Shown: positions 1-8,547 of the stretch, piece by piece | Layout: each line of letters opens with the position of its first letter | How positions within the stretch are numbered: position 1 is the first letter of the stretch | NCBI GenBank assembly: GCA_041649735.1 | Contig: JBAZMN010000001.1 | Location: 509-64,508 of the forward strand | Source of the DNA: Opitutaceae bacterium | GTDB lineage: Bacteria; Verrucomicrobiota; Verrucomicrobiia; Opitutales; Opitutaceae | Length of the DNA: 64,000 bases | Direction: 5' to 3' | The notes under the pieces: model-generated | Told to the model about the DNA's origin: nothing | Seen by the model: only the letters and a program-made list of their open reading frames with translations | Database searches by the model: none | Position numbers and translations under genes: made by a program

Positions 1-1
1 T

Positions 2-922
2 CCAGTCACAAGAGACAAGGAACCGTTGCCGCCACGATCCGAAAACAGCGTCAAGACGTATCTGAACCAGATAGCTGCCATCTTGGGCTGGGCGTGTCGT
101 GTGGGCCTGCTTGGTTCCGTTCCCCGCGTTCCCAAAATCAAGCGAACACGGGCCGCCGATTCGCCCATGAAGGGCCGTCCGCTAACGGAACCGGAGTTTC
201 AGACGATCTTGGCCAACGTGGAAGCCGTCGTAGGGCCTCTGGCTGCCCCGTCCTGGCGTTTCTGGCTCACGGGCCTCTGGTGGTCCGGTTTGCGTTTGGA
301 AGAGTCTCTCGCGTTATCCTGGGACGCGACGGGTGGCCTGAGCGTCGATCTATCGGGCAAATATCCGATGCTTCGTGTGAAACGGCACTGGGAGAAGGGA
401 CACAAAGACCGCATTTTGCCCATCGCCCCGGAGTTTGCAGAATTTCTGCTTGCCGTGCCGATCAACCAGCGGAGCGGGCTGGTGTTTCGGCTCCAAGCCA
501 TCGAGTGCCCCACGGCAAAGGGCGGCCGCTCGCGGGCGATGCCCGGAACCATTGATTCAGAATGGGCGGGCCGGATCGTATCGCGGATCGGCAAGGCGGC
601 TGGCGTGGTGGTTGACACGTCGGACGCGGGCAGGATAAAATATGCCACGGCTCACGATTTACGGCGTTCCTTCGGTTCCCGCTGGGCTTTGCGGGTCATG
701 CCGCCGGTACTCAAGGAGCTGATGAGGCACGACGATATCAAAACCACCATGAAATACTACGTCGGCTACAACGCGGATCGAACGGCGGAAGCGGCTTGGG
801 CGGCTATCCGTCCGCAGGGTGGCGAGGCTGCCAATGGTTCCGTTCGTGGTTCCGCTGGTTCCGAAAACACCAAAAAGGCGAGTCAACAAGAACACACAAC
901 CACAAGTGAAGAAAGCACTTAG
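2..922 (+). CDS. int: Tyrosine recombinase / phage integrase, 5-prime end off window
   Basis: C-terminal catalytic motifs are present: AHDLRRSFGSRW and MRHDDIKTTMKYY (R..HxxR..Y). The frame is open back to nt 2 and the track start at 26 is TTG. Confidence 0.9.
   Translation, partial: PVTRDKEPLPPRSENSVKTYLNQIAAILGWACRVGLLGSVPRVPKIKRTRAADSPMKGRPLTEPEFQTILANVEAVVGPLAAPSWRFWLTGLWWSGLRLEESLALSWDATGGLSVDLSGKYPMLRVKRHWEKGHKDRILPIAPEFAEFLLAVPINQRSGLVFRLQAIECPTAKGGRSRAMPGTIDSEWAGRIVSRIGKAAGVVVDTSDAGRIKYATAHDLRRSFGSRWALRVMPPVLKELMRHDDIKTTMKYYVGYNADRTAEAAWAAIRPQGGEAANGSVRGSAGSENTKKASQQEHTTTSEEST
836..863 (+). repeat. Three direct GGTTCCG repeats (836-842, 848-854, 857-863) in the integrase 3-prime end
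   Basis: Read directly from the sequence. The same heptamer recurs twice at 1087-1104, on the other side of the tRNA fragment. Possible arm-type recombinase sites. Confidence 0.45.
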
Positions 923-929
923 AGCATTT

Positions 930-972
930 CGGGGCGTGGCGCAGTCTGGCTAGCGCGTCTGAATGGGGTTCA
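930..972 (+). pseudogene. 5-prime fragment of a tRNA-Pro(GGG) gene (acceptor, D arm, anticodon loop); att-core candidate
   Basis: Parse: CGGGGCG-TG-GCGC-AGTCTGGCTA-GCGC-G-TCTGA-ATGGGGT. The fragment has a perfect D stem, a U33-GGG-G37 anticodon loop and a Pro-type acceptor. No T arm or 3-prime acceptor strand follows. Confidence 0.55.
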
Positions 973-1086
973 TGGCTATCCCGATCGTGCCTGCCGGTTT
1001 TCTCGCAAAAACATCACTGTTTCCGGTGTTTATCCTAGTCCGTCCTATTTGCCGTTGTTCGTAAATTGTGGATAACTGGCGGAAAT

Positions 1087-1104
1087 GGTTCCGTTTTGGT
1101 TCCG
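1087..1104 (+). repeat. Two direct GGTTCCGTT repeats (1087-1093, 1098-1104)
   Basis: Same heptamer as at 836-863. Lies ~115 bp downstream of the tRNA-Pro fragment in a non-coding stretch. Confidence 0.45.
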
Positions 1105-1461
1105 TTCGGCCGCATCATCCTGAGCCTGTCCTATACCTATATATTAGGGACGATAACGGCCCGATGATCTGGCCACGCCTTGCGGATGCGACGATTGAAG
1201 TGCCGGATGAATGATCGGCAGTGCTGGCGGGATGCCTCTTGGATCAGTAGTCCAATCGGGCGGTTTGTGTTAGCATCAACGAGAACGACAGCATAGCCCC
1301 TGGTGTGAAACATGGTGAAGAAACTCCCGAGAATCGAGAGGCTGAGGGTCGGCCTCAGCACCGGCGGGCACCCTGGCCCGATCAAAGATTGTGGATAGTA
1401 TACAGCCGTATATATGGATGTCAAGGGGCATGGCCGCCATTACTCAAAAAAGGGGACAGAA

Positions 1462-2259
1462 ATGCGAACCACGACTCTGACGGTTGCGATTGTGTTGGTG
1501 CTGCTCGCGTCGGCTGGACAGTTGCACGGCCAGAATACGAGCGACACGATAAAGTCGTATCTGGATTTCCGACGTAGCAATTTTCAGCATGACAGGCGAG
1601 TGGTGGAAGCCGGAGAGACCGGCGCGGAACTTCTGGGACGCGATGAACGCTGCGGGAAGAAAGAATTCGCGGGCACGCTGCGGGGGAAGATTCCCAAGGA
1701 CTACAAAATCGGCGACTGGGGATGTTACCATTCGTCGTTGCGGGTTATCAGCGCGGTAAGCAGTACATCCTGCATCGTCATGCCGACAAACCGAACGCAT
1801 GGTGGCCCGTTCCTGGTGCGTGGATTGGATATGTCCAAGATGGTGGACAATGTTGAATTCACGCTCCAACATCCATTCATAATTCTCGGCACCTATCGCT
1901 ATTCGTCGGCATCCGGTGCGTCGAGAACGATATTGGCGTTCGACTGCGGATCGAAGTTCAATGAATTCATCGCCGAGAAAACCAAGCGGGACCGCCAGTT
2001 GGCAGACGAAAAAGAGAAGGCTGACGCGGAAGAGCGGGCGAGACTCGACGAAGCACGCTGGCACACCTGGACCATTGCGAAAAGCGGAGAGAGGATAGAC
2101 GGTAAGTTTTCCAAGGTGGTAAGCGGTGTGGTGTACGTGACCACACGAAGCGGCGAAAAGACCACGCTGCAATTGGATGAATTGAGCGAAGGCGACCACG
2201 TGTGGATCAAGGATCGGTGTTGGAAGAAGCCGTCAGGAAATTCGTCCACAACAAAATAA
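1462..2259 (+). CDS. Secreted protein with C-terminal SLA1-homology (SHD1)-like domain
   Basis: Signal peptide MRTTTLTVAIVLVLLASAGQLHGQ after an AGGGGA SD. C-terminal segment WHTWTIAKSGERIDGKFSKVVSGVVYVTTRSGEKTTLQLDELSEGDHVWI matches the SHD1 pattern common in Planctomycetota. Confidence 0.7.
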   Translation: MRTTTLTVAIVLVLLASAGQLHGQNTSDTIKSYLDFRRSNFQHDRRVVEAGETGAELLGRDERCGKKEFAGTLRGKIPKDYKIGDWGCYHSSLRVISAVSSTSCIVMPTNRTHGGPFLVRGLDMSKMVDNVEFTLQHPFIILGTYRYSSASGASRTILAFDCGSKFNEFIAEKTKRDRQLADEKEKADAEERARLDEARWHTWTIAKSGERIDGKFSKVVSGVVYVTTRSGEKTTLQLDELSEGDHVWIKDRCWKKPSGNSSTTK

Positions 2260-2294
2260 CGAGCGACAATTGCGTATTTCGGGGAGAGTGTAAC

Positions 2295-2720
2295 ATGGAC
2301 AAAAAAGACATTTGGCCTGGCACGTTTGACCTGAACGATGGAAATGCAGACACGGGCAACCGCAATCCAGTTTCCGGCAGTCGATCCGCCGAAAGTAAAG
2401 TCGCATCGGAAAGCGGCTCTCTGTTCGCAGCACTGTTGGGCACGTTAGTCATATCGTGCATTCTCGTCGTTTTGATTTCGGCTGTTGTGATGGCCATCGA
2501 AAACCCGTCGAGGCTCATGGAAATCGCAGCAACAGTCGTTATTCCGGCGATTGCTGTTATAGTATCCATTGTGCTTTACTTTCTCCCGGCAGGCATTGCT
2601 ATTCGCCGATCCCACCGGAACGACTTGGCGATTTTCGTGCTGAATCTCTTTCTCGGCTGGACGTTTCTGGGCTGGGTAGTAGCCCTGGTGTGGGCATTTA
2701 CCAACGACGTTCGGAAATGA
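2295..2720 (+). CDS. Superinfection immunity (Imm_superinfect-like) membrane protein
   Basis: C-terminal motif YFLPAGIAIRRSHRNDLAIFVLNLFLGWTFLGWVVALVWAF. ATG at 2295 follows a GGGGAGAG SD; the track start at 2202 overlaps the upstream gene. Confidence 0.75.
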   Translation: MDKKDIWPGTFDLNDGNADTGNRNPVSGSRSAESKVASESGSLFAALLGTLVISCILVVLISAVVMAIENPSRLMEIAATVVIPAIAVIVSIVLYFLPAGIAIRRSHRNDLAIFVLNLFLGWTFLGWVVALVWAFTNDVRK

Positions 2721-2738
2721 CATGGGAGGCCAATCATC

Positions 2739-3161
2739 ATGTCAGAAAATAACGCCGTGCTGGCCGTAGCGATCGCGGTAATCGTCTGCGTGGCCTGCGG
2801 GTTCATCGGCTACTTCGTTGCCGACAGAAAGAACATGGGGCCAGTCGGCGCCATTCTCGGCGTGCTGCTTGGTCCGGTCGGCGTGTTGATCGCGGCCGTT
2901 GCATTGGACGCTCGGCAACAGTGCCCCAAATGCCGAGAGCGAATCAATGAGGGTGCGACGATATGCCCGCACTGCAAAGCCGAACTGAAAATCAACCGCA
3001 CTGCGGCCGCCTCCCGTAGAACCGAAACGTGCCCAACGTGCGGCAGACTACTGTTTGAGGGTGCGCCTCTGTGCAATCGCTGCAACACTGAGGTATTTTG
3101 GCTTGGGAATCAGGCGATGACGCGAGCCGAGCTTGAGCAAATTGCCATTCTCCGAAAATGA
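2739..3161 (+). CDS. Membrane protein with double zinc-ribbon
   Basis: Two N-terminal TM helices, then CPKC..CPHC and CPTC..CNRC pairs. Confidence 0.65.
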   Translation: MSENNAVLAVAIAVIVCVACGFIGYFVADRKNMGPVGAILGVLLGPVGVLIAAVALDARQQCPKCRERINEGATICPHCKAELKINRTAAASRRTETCPTCGRLLFEGAPLCNRCNTEVFWLGNQAMTRAELEQIAILRK

Positions 3162-3170
3162 TCGCCAATC

Positions 3171-3536
3171 ATGTGCGCCCTTGTTCATGCCATCAATCAG
3201 GCCGTCGCGTTCGTCAAGCAACGCTCCGTCAAGATGACGCGGGCCGAGGTGATTGAGTTTCGCCGCATCGCGGATGAGATTTACAATCTGGCCGAACGAT
3301 CGGAACTGATTGACATTCTCCCCGGTGTGCCACGATCGCGGAACAATTCCGACAACACGGCAGTCCCGTTTGAGTCGCGGTTGCACCTGCCCGGCGACTG
3401 GTTCGACCTTGACGGAAACGGCACGTACTGGTTTGTTCCGGCTCGATTGCCGCGATGGTTCGCCAAAATGGAAACGCTGCGGATGATTGCCGTGCTACAA
3501 CCGGATGACGAAGATAGTGTACGTCAGTCGAGTTAA
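3171..3536 (+). CDS. Hypothetical protein
   Basis: Clean ORF 10 nt after the previous stop. No recognisable motif. Confidence 0.5.
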   Translation: MCALVHAINQAVAFVKQRSVKMTRAEVIEFRRIADEIYNLAERSELIDILPGVPRSRNNSDNTAVPFESRLHLPGDWFDLDGNGTYWFVPARLPRWFAKMETLRMIAVLQPDDEDSVRQSS

Positions 3537-3588
3537 ACTAGGCAAACCCACCCCCTCTAGATATTTTTCGGATTTTGGCTCGCCCCGC

Positions 3589-3616
3589 TTGACTCCTATA
3601 ACCGATTGGCTATAAT
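3589..3616 (+). promoter_or_regulatory. Sigma70-like promoter TTGACT-N16-TATAAT
   Basis: TTGACT at 3589-3594 and TATAAT at 3611-3616. A GGAGAG SD and the ATG at 3641 follow. Confidence 0.6.
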
Positions 3617-3640
3617 AGAGGCAGTGACGGAGAGAAAACA

Positions 3641-4003
3641 ATGAACGAAAACGAAACGATCTACTGTGTGGAATGTGGCGAGCGAACCGTCGAGTTTGAC
3701 GGTGGCTGCTGCGAAAAATGTACATGGTACGCATGGCTCGAAAAAACAGAATCGGCCGTTGAGGAAATCGCAAAATCGCTCGGCTGGACGTGTGAGTTTG
3801 AGTCTCAGGCGAGCGGCGGTCGGTCCAGATATTACGACCTGTGGCGCGAACCAGAGAGCGAGGAGAGCGACGAGGAATTTGAGCACCTGAAACTCAGGAT
3901 CAGCGACCACTCGCAATGCTACGATGCTGATATTTCTATCGACCAGTGCGGCGGCGCGTCGGTCGATCAGTTTGCGGCGTGGCTGAAAAAAAGGGCTCGA
4001 TAG
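3641..4003 (+). CDS. Zinc-ribbon hypothetical protein
   Basis: N-terminal CVEC..CCEKC motif. Lies downstream of the near-consensus promoter and an SD. Confidence 0.6.
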   Translation: MNENETIYCVECGERTVEFDGGCCEKCTWYAWLEKTESAVEEIAKSLGWTCEFESQASGGRSRYYDLWREPESEESDEEFEHLKLRISDHSQCYDADISIDQCGGASVDQFAAWLKKRAR

Positions 4004-4072
4004 ACTGACATTCGCTCCGCGCTGCCCTCCCCGCCGGGGCACGCGGATTCAACCGGCGGGAGGCAAAGAGAA

Positions 4073-4435
4073 ATGAAAATGAAAACGACACTGAAAATCG
4101 ACCGCAACAGTTTGGCCAATGTGATTCGTGAATTGATTGAGGACGACGCCCACGGCCCGATGGACCCGCGGCTGATCTACGATTCCCAGACGGGTGAATT
4201 TTCGATCGAGAGCAGTCTGAATTCTCTCGACGAAACGGAGCATGTCATCGCCGCCCGCGTGGGGGATTCGTTTCTCGAATCGGATGCTGCCGAAACTCGC
4301 AGCGAAATCGAATCGGCCACGGAAAAACTGCGAGAAAAAATGATTGCTGACGCCGTTGCAGCAGCGATGGCCGGAATGGACGACGATTACATCGCGGAGT
4401 ATGTGATTGGCGATTTGACGGAGGCGGCTGAGTAG
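4073..4435 (+). CDS. Acidic hypothetical protein
   Basis: GGGAGG SD upstream. Highly acidic composition with no recognisable motif. Confidence 0.55.
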   Translation: MKMKTTLKIDRNSLANVIRELIEDDAHGPMDPRLIYDSQTGEFSIESSLNSLDETEHVIAARVGDSFLESDAAETRSEIESATEKLREKMIADAVAAAMAGMDDDYIAEYVIGDLTEAAE

Positions 4436-4595
4436 CATTTCTCCGCGCTGCCCGGCTCTGCGAAAGCATCCGGGCGGCGTGCCTTTTGGAAAAACTTTCG
4501 CCTGCACGGTCCGGGCTTTCAACCCGGCAATCAGGGATCCGATCGAGTACGCCTGATCTAAGCGGCCCGTTAAGCACGCGAGTCGGCGAAGTGCA

Positions 4596-4808
4596 ATGCG
4601 GGCATTATCAATCATGCAATTCGCCAAAAACCTAAAATCCCGCCGCCTCGCTCTTGGCCTGACCCAGCGACAGGTGGCCGATCTAGCCGCCATGCCGCAG
4701 CCTGCCTACGCACGCCTGGAATCCGGTGGCCGCGAGAATCCACGGATTGATACGCTGCAACGGCTGGCGAAGGCACTTCGCACCACGCCGGACAAACTGC
4801 TAAAATAA
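4596..4808 (+). CDS. XRE/Cro-CI family helix-turn-helix regulator (candidate repressor)
   Basis: LKSRRLALGLTQRQVADLAAMPQPAYARLESGGRENPRIDTLQRLAKAL is a typical HTH_3 pattern. Confidence 0.85.
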   Translation: MRALSIMQFAKNLKSRRLALGLTQRQVADLAAMPQPAYARLESGGRENPRIDTLQRLAKALRTTPDKLLK

Positions 4809-4812
4809 GATT

Positions 4813-4887
4813 CCGCCGCTGTACCGTTGCCAATCGTGGGAGCGAATCACGCGGCAGTCGCGTCCGTGCGACTCGGTACAGCGGCGG
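4813..4887. terminator. Convergent-gene inverted repeat (14-bp arms) with a nested hairpin
   Basis: CCGCCGCTGTACCG (4813-4826) pairs with CGGTACAGCGGCGG (4874-4887). An inner AGTCGC/GCGACT stem is present. The repeat sits where + and - transcription converge. Confidence 0.45.
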
Positions 4888-5848
4888 CAATTTCTCTCGC
4901 GGCCATCGTCGCAATGGCTGCTGCCTGTTGTTCGGTAATTGTCGGGTCGGCCGGCAGATAGAAAACCTCCCGAGCGAACAGGTTCGCTTTCAGGTGAAAA
5001 TGCGGTTTGCGGTATTCCTGTTGCGAACTCATCGGCTTGAACGCATGGCGGGCCGCGACGCCGGCGGCATTCAGATTGGCGATGATCTGCGACTGCTGGG
5101 CCGCGTTCATTCCCGGAACTCGTAAATCGTAAACCCAACACGCCTCGCGTTTCGGAAGTCGATATTGCTCCGGGATAGCGCGGTTGTATGCCGCCTCGAT
5201 TCGCGTTCGCCGTCGCAAGTTTTCGTTGACGTTGTGTAAACTGCCGAGGATGATCGACGCGAGAGCGTTCGCCAACCGATAATTGCAGCCGCGTGGCACG
5301 TGGCTGAAATCGTGGGCCGCCGTAAATCCCTGCGACCGCAATTTCTTGGCGAGTTTTGCGTGGTGGGGATTCTTAAACGCGATCATTCCGCCCTCTTCTC
5401 CGGCGACGATCTTATTTCGGTAGAACGACCAGCAGGCGGCGTCGGTGTCTTTGTGCGGCCTGACGCCGTGGGCCTCGGCCAAATCCTCGACAACGCGACA
5501 ATCGTAATACCTCGCGGTAGCATGAATGGCCGTCATGTTGCACCGCCTGCCGTAAATATGCACCGGCATGATGGCCTTGATGCGTTGTGCCGCTCTTCGT
5601 TCCACCAGCACCGGGTCAAGCAGCATCGTATCGTCGCAGTCCACGAATACCGGCTCCAAGCCGGCCATCGTCACCGCTCTGGCGCAAGCGACCATCGTAA
5701 ACTCAGGAACGATGACGCGACTCTCGGGCCGTAATTCTAACGCCTCCAATGCGAGGTGTAGGGCGGCCGTGCCGCTGTTGCAAGCAACGGTGTTTGGGTT
5801 GCCTATCCACTCGCCAAACTCTTTTTCGAGCCGTTCGTATGCGTCCAT
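4847..5848 (-). CDS. DegT/DnrJ/EryC1/StrS-family PLP-dependent sugar aminotransferase
   Basis: NSGTAALHLALEAL and SFYRNK (PLP-lysine region) motifs. ATG at 5848 sits 1 nt after the upstream stop. Confidence 0.85.
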   Translation of the reverse strand: MDAYERLEKEFGEWIGNPNTVACNSGTAALHLALEALELRPESRVIVPEFTMVACARAVTMAGLEPVFVDCDDTMLLDPVLVERRAAQRIKAIMPVHIYGRRCNMTAIHATARYYDCRVVEDLAEAHGVRPHKDTDAACWSFYRNKIVAGEEGGMIAFKNPHHAKLAKKLRSQGFTAAHDFSHVPRGCNYRLANALASIILGSLHNVNENLRRRTRIEAAYNRAIPEQYRLPKREACWVYDLRVPGMNAAQQSQIIANLNAAGVAARHAFKPMSSQQEYRKPHFHLKANLFAREVFYLPADPTITEQQAAAIATMAAREIAAAVPSRTDATAA

Positions 5849-5849
5849 G

Positions 5850-6806
5850 TCACCAGTCCCAGCGGCTCCCGTTCTGCTGATAGTAGTTGATGGTTCGTCG
5901 TAACGCCTCACGCAGCGGCACGGCTGGCCGTGTGTCGATGACGCCGTAGAGCTTGCTGTTGTCGCTCTGCAAGTGCCAGATCTCCCACGGCCGCCGCTTG
6001 GCTTCTGTCGGCACGATCGTAATCGATTCGTGGCCCATTAATTCGCCAATGAGTTTTGCCAAATCGTAAATCGTGACGCATTCTTCCGAACCCATGTTGT
6101 AGACTTCGCCGAACTGGCCGCACTCCAGCAATGCGACCGCCATCCGCACGGCATCGCCGGCGTACTGAAAATCTCGCGTGCTGTTGTTGCCGAGGCGAAT
6201 CGTCGGGCCATTCTCGGCAATCTGGCTGATAATCTCGGGAATCACGTATTCATGCGTTTCCCGCTCGCCGACACAATTGAACTGCCGCATGGCAATGGCC
6301 GGGACTTTTGCCTCTCGCCAACGGACTTGCACCAAGCCGTCGGCGGCCATCTTGCTGACACCATAAGTGCTGTGCGGGCAAACCGGATCGGATTCCTTGA
6401 TCGCGCCTTTCATGTCGCCGTAGATTTCGGCCGAACTGACTTGCAGCAGTCCCTCTACTTCCGCCAACTTGCAGGCATTCAGCACCGACAGCACGGCCGT
6501 AGCATTGATGGTAAAGAAGTGCGTCGGCCGCTCGAAACATTCCGGGATGTACGGCTCGGCGGCGTAGTTGAACACGTAGCGAACGCCATGCTGCTGTAGC
6601 AGGCGGGCCGTTTCGTGTTCACCTTCGCGGATATCGTGCCATACGAAAGTTGCATCCCGATGAATGTGCTTGGTGTGTCCGTTAATCAGGTTGTCCAACA
6701 CCAATACGTCGCAGCCGCGATCGTCAATGAGGTGGTCAACCAGATGGCTTCCCAAAAAACCAGCGCCGCCAATGACGCACGCCTTGCAGTTCTTTATCGT
6801 TCGCAT
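5850..6806 (-). CDS. NAD-dependent sugar epimerase/dehydratase (SDR)
   Basis: GGAGFLGSHLVDHL Rossmann motif and the YGVSKMAAD (YxxxK) catalytic motif. Confidence 0.85.
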   Translation of the reverse strand: MRTIKNCKACVIGGAGFLGSHLVDHLIDDRGCDVLVLDNLINGHTKHIHRDATFVWHDIREGEHETARLLQQHGVRYVFNYAAEPYIPECFERPTHFFTINATAVLSVLNACKLAEVEGLLQVSSAEIYGDMKGAIKESDPVCPHSTYGVSKMAADGLVQVRWREAKVPAIAMRQFNCVGERETHEYVIPEIISQIAENGPTIRLGNNSTRDFQYAGDAVRMAVALLECGQFGEVYNMGSEECVTIYDLAKLIGELMGHESITIVPTEAKRRPWEIWHLQSDNSKLYGVIDTRPAVPLREALRRTINYYQQNGSRWDW

Positions 6807-6815
6807 AATTCGCTC

Positions 6816-7697
6816 CTAAGTGTGAACATCCGCCACGCCGCGCAGTTCGCCGACTGTTGTCGGATGGCATTGCTTGTAGGCCATGACGGCATCCGTGCCA
6901 CGATAGAATCCCGGCAACGGGACCAACGAGAACCCCAGCCACTGGTAGATTTTCTGCATCGGCTTGTTGTCTCCGCGCATGAATCCGTAGCACGTTCCCA
7001 CGGTGCTGCCGATGACCTTTTGTAGAATGTTGATGCTCCCATTCATGGCCGCCAGCCCGCCACGCCCGCGTACTTCGTCGCTGGTAGCTAGTTCGTAAAA
7101 CTCCACCGTGCCATCGTGACCGGCCCGATAAATCAGCGTGACACCATCCTGGACGATGGTATTGTGTGTGAAGTCTTCCGCATCATGCACGGCATCGATC
7201 ATGCGATAGCAGGTCGGAACGGTATACGACAGCAGCAATAGACGATCCGCCACGCGAAGCAATTCTGTTTCCATGAGTCGCCACGTCGCCGTGCCGAGTC
7301 TGTCCTTTACCATGCCGTCAAGTGAGCGGGCAATGCACATATCGAAGCTGCGATCGGGAAACGGTAGCTTTCGCAGGTCGGCCACGTCGAACGCTTTCCC
7401 GGGATTCCGCTTTCTGGCTTCCTGGATAAAGTCCGGCGACAGGTCGATTCCAACGTACTCTGCTTGCGGCAGAACCTCGCAAAGCGCCCCGTATCCACAC
7501 CCGGCGTCAAGTAAACGAGTCCCCGGCGGGATTAGTTTGGCCAGCAGTTCGCGGTGCGTCGCCTGAATGTTGTCCCATGCGCCTTGATTCACGTCGTAAA
7601 CAGAGCGGTGGATTTCGTTCTGTGCCAACGCTCTACGTAGCCGTGGCCGCCAGAATTGCGGATCGTCGATGTTGGTTTCACGCGACTTTAGATTCAT
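6816..7697 (-). CDS. Fusion of class I SAM methyltransferase and GNAT-like acetyltransferase
   Basis: LLDAGCGYGALCE...GIDLSPDFI...FDMCIARSL (Methyltransf_11-like) N-terminal half. C-terminal R-G-R-G..YQWLGF resembles a GNAT. Start is uncertain: 7697, 7724 or 7781. Confidence 0.65.
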   Translation of the reverse strand: MNLKSRETNIDDPQFWRPRLRRALAQNEIHRSVYDVNQGAWDNIQATHRELLAKLIPPGTRLLDAGCGYGALCEVLPQAEYVGIDLSPDFIQEARKRNPGKAFDVADLRKLPFPDRSFDMCIARSLDGMVKDRLGTATWRLMETELLRVADRLLLLSYTVPTCYRMIDAVHDAEDFTHNTIVQDGVTLIYRAGHDGTVEFYELATSDEVRGRGGLAAMNGSINILQKVIGSTVGTCYGFMRGDNKPMQKIYQWLGFSLVPLPGFYRGTDAVMAYKQCHPTTVGELRGVADVHT

Positions 7698-8547
7698 GCT
7701 GAAAAATCTCCGGTATCGGACCATGATAATCAACCACCGATGCCCGCCACGGCAATTCGTCGCCTGGCTGCCACGTCTCAAAGGCGGCTCGGCAGTTGAC
7801 GTACCTTTGCCGTTGGTCCCTCACGCCTTCGCCACGCGCTACGTAATAGCGATGCTTGGCGCTTCGCATGAGTTGGGATGATGCGAACCCAAGATGGACG
7901 CACTGCGGGGCCTGGTCGTAGTTGTCGTAACGCTGAATGGCCTTGTCCAGCGAACGGCCCGCAATGTCCGCTGGCGTGTTGTGGTTGTTCGCGTAGTGCA
8001 AACCATGCGACCACCGCCAGCCGCGACAGTGTGGTATGGCCCAGTAGCCGCCGACCACTTCCCGCCGAAACAGCGGCTCATGGAGGATGCTTGTCGGCCG
8101 CCAGATATGCCGCTGCTTGAGAAGAAAGCCACGATAGCGTTCGTTGGCCGCCTTCATGGTTTCCGCAAATAGCTTCTGGTGATGGTGCGTGTAGTATTCG
8201 TCGGCGTCCAAGACCGCAATAAAGTCGGGCCGCGTCAACTCCGCGACTTTCATATATTCCTGTCGAGAGGCGACCTTGCCTTGGGCCGGGTCGGTGTGTT
8301 TCGACAGGCCATAGGGAACATACACAACGCGGTGATCGTTGGCGGCCAAGTTCTGCAAATACTGCGAAGTGCCGTCGGTGGACAGTCCGGCGTCAGTCAC
8401 CAGCGACAGATTCGCCTTGGCGTACATCGAATCGGCCGACTCGACAAACACCCACCTATCGAGCCACGGCCAATCGTAATGCTGGGCGTAAAGTCTCGGC
8501 AAATGCTCCATCTCATTTAAGCAGAGCGTAGCCAGTAGAATCTTCAT
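7678..8547 (-). CDS. GT-A fold (family 2-like) glycosyltransferase
   Basis: MKILLATLCLNEMEHLP N-terminus and AVLDADEYY (DxD) motif. ATGA overlap with the upstream gene. Confidence 0.65.
   Translation of the reverse strand: MKILLATLCLNEMEHLPRLYAQHYDWPWLDRWVFVESADSMYAKANLSLVTDAGLSTDGTSQYLQNLAANDHRVVYVPYGLSKHTDPAQGKVASRQEYMKVAELTRPDFIAVLDADEYYTHHHQKLFAETMKAANERYRGFLLKQRHIWRPTSILHEPLFRREVVGGYWAIPHCRGWRWSHGLHYANNHNTPADIAGRSLDKAIQRYDNYDQAPQCVHLGFASSQLMRSAKHRYYVARGEGVRDQRQRYVNCRAAFETWQPGDELPWRASVVDYHGPIPEIFQHESKVA

Noticed and set aside
930-1010. Full-length tRNA-Pro gene
   Set aside because: After the anticodon loop there is no variable/T arm (no GTTCRAnYC) and no CGCCCCG 3-prime acceptor strand. 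Only the 5-prime portion is tRNA-like.
1137-1424. 95-aa minus-strand ORF in the att-proximal spacer
   Set aside because: It has no SD. Only a short CBS-like fragment (YAVVLVDANTNRPIGLL) is recognisable. It overlaps the leader of the 1462 gene and is probably a relic or chance ORF.
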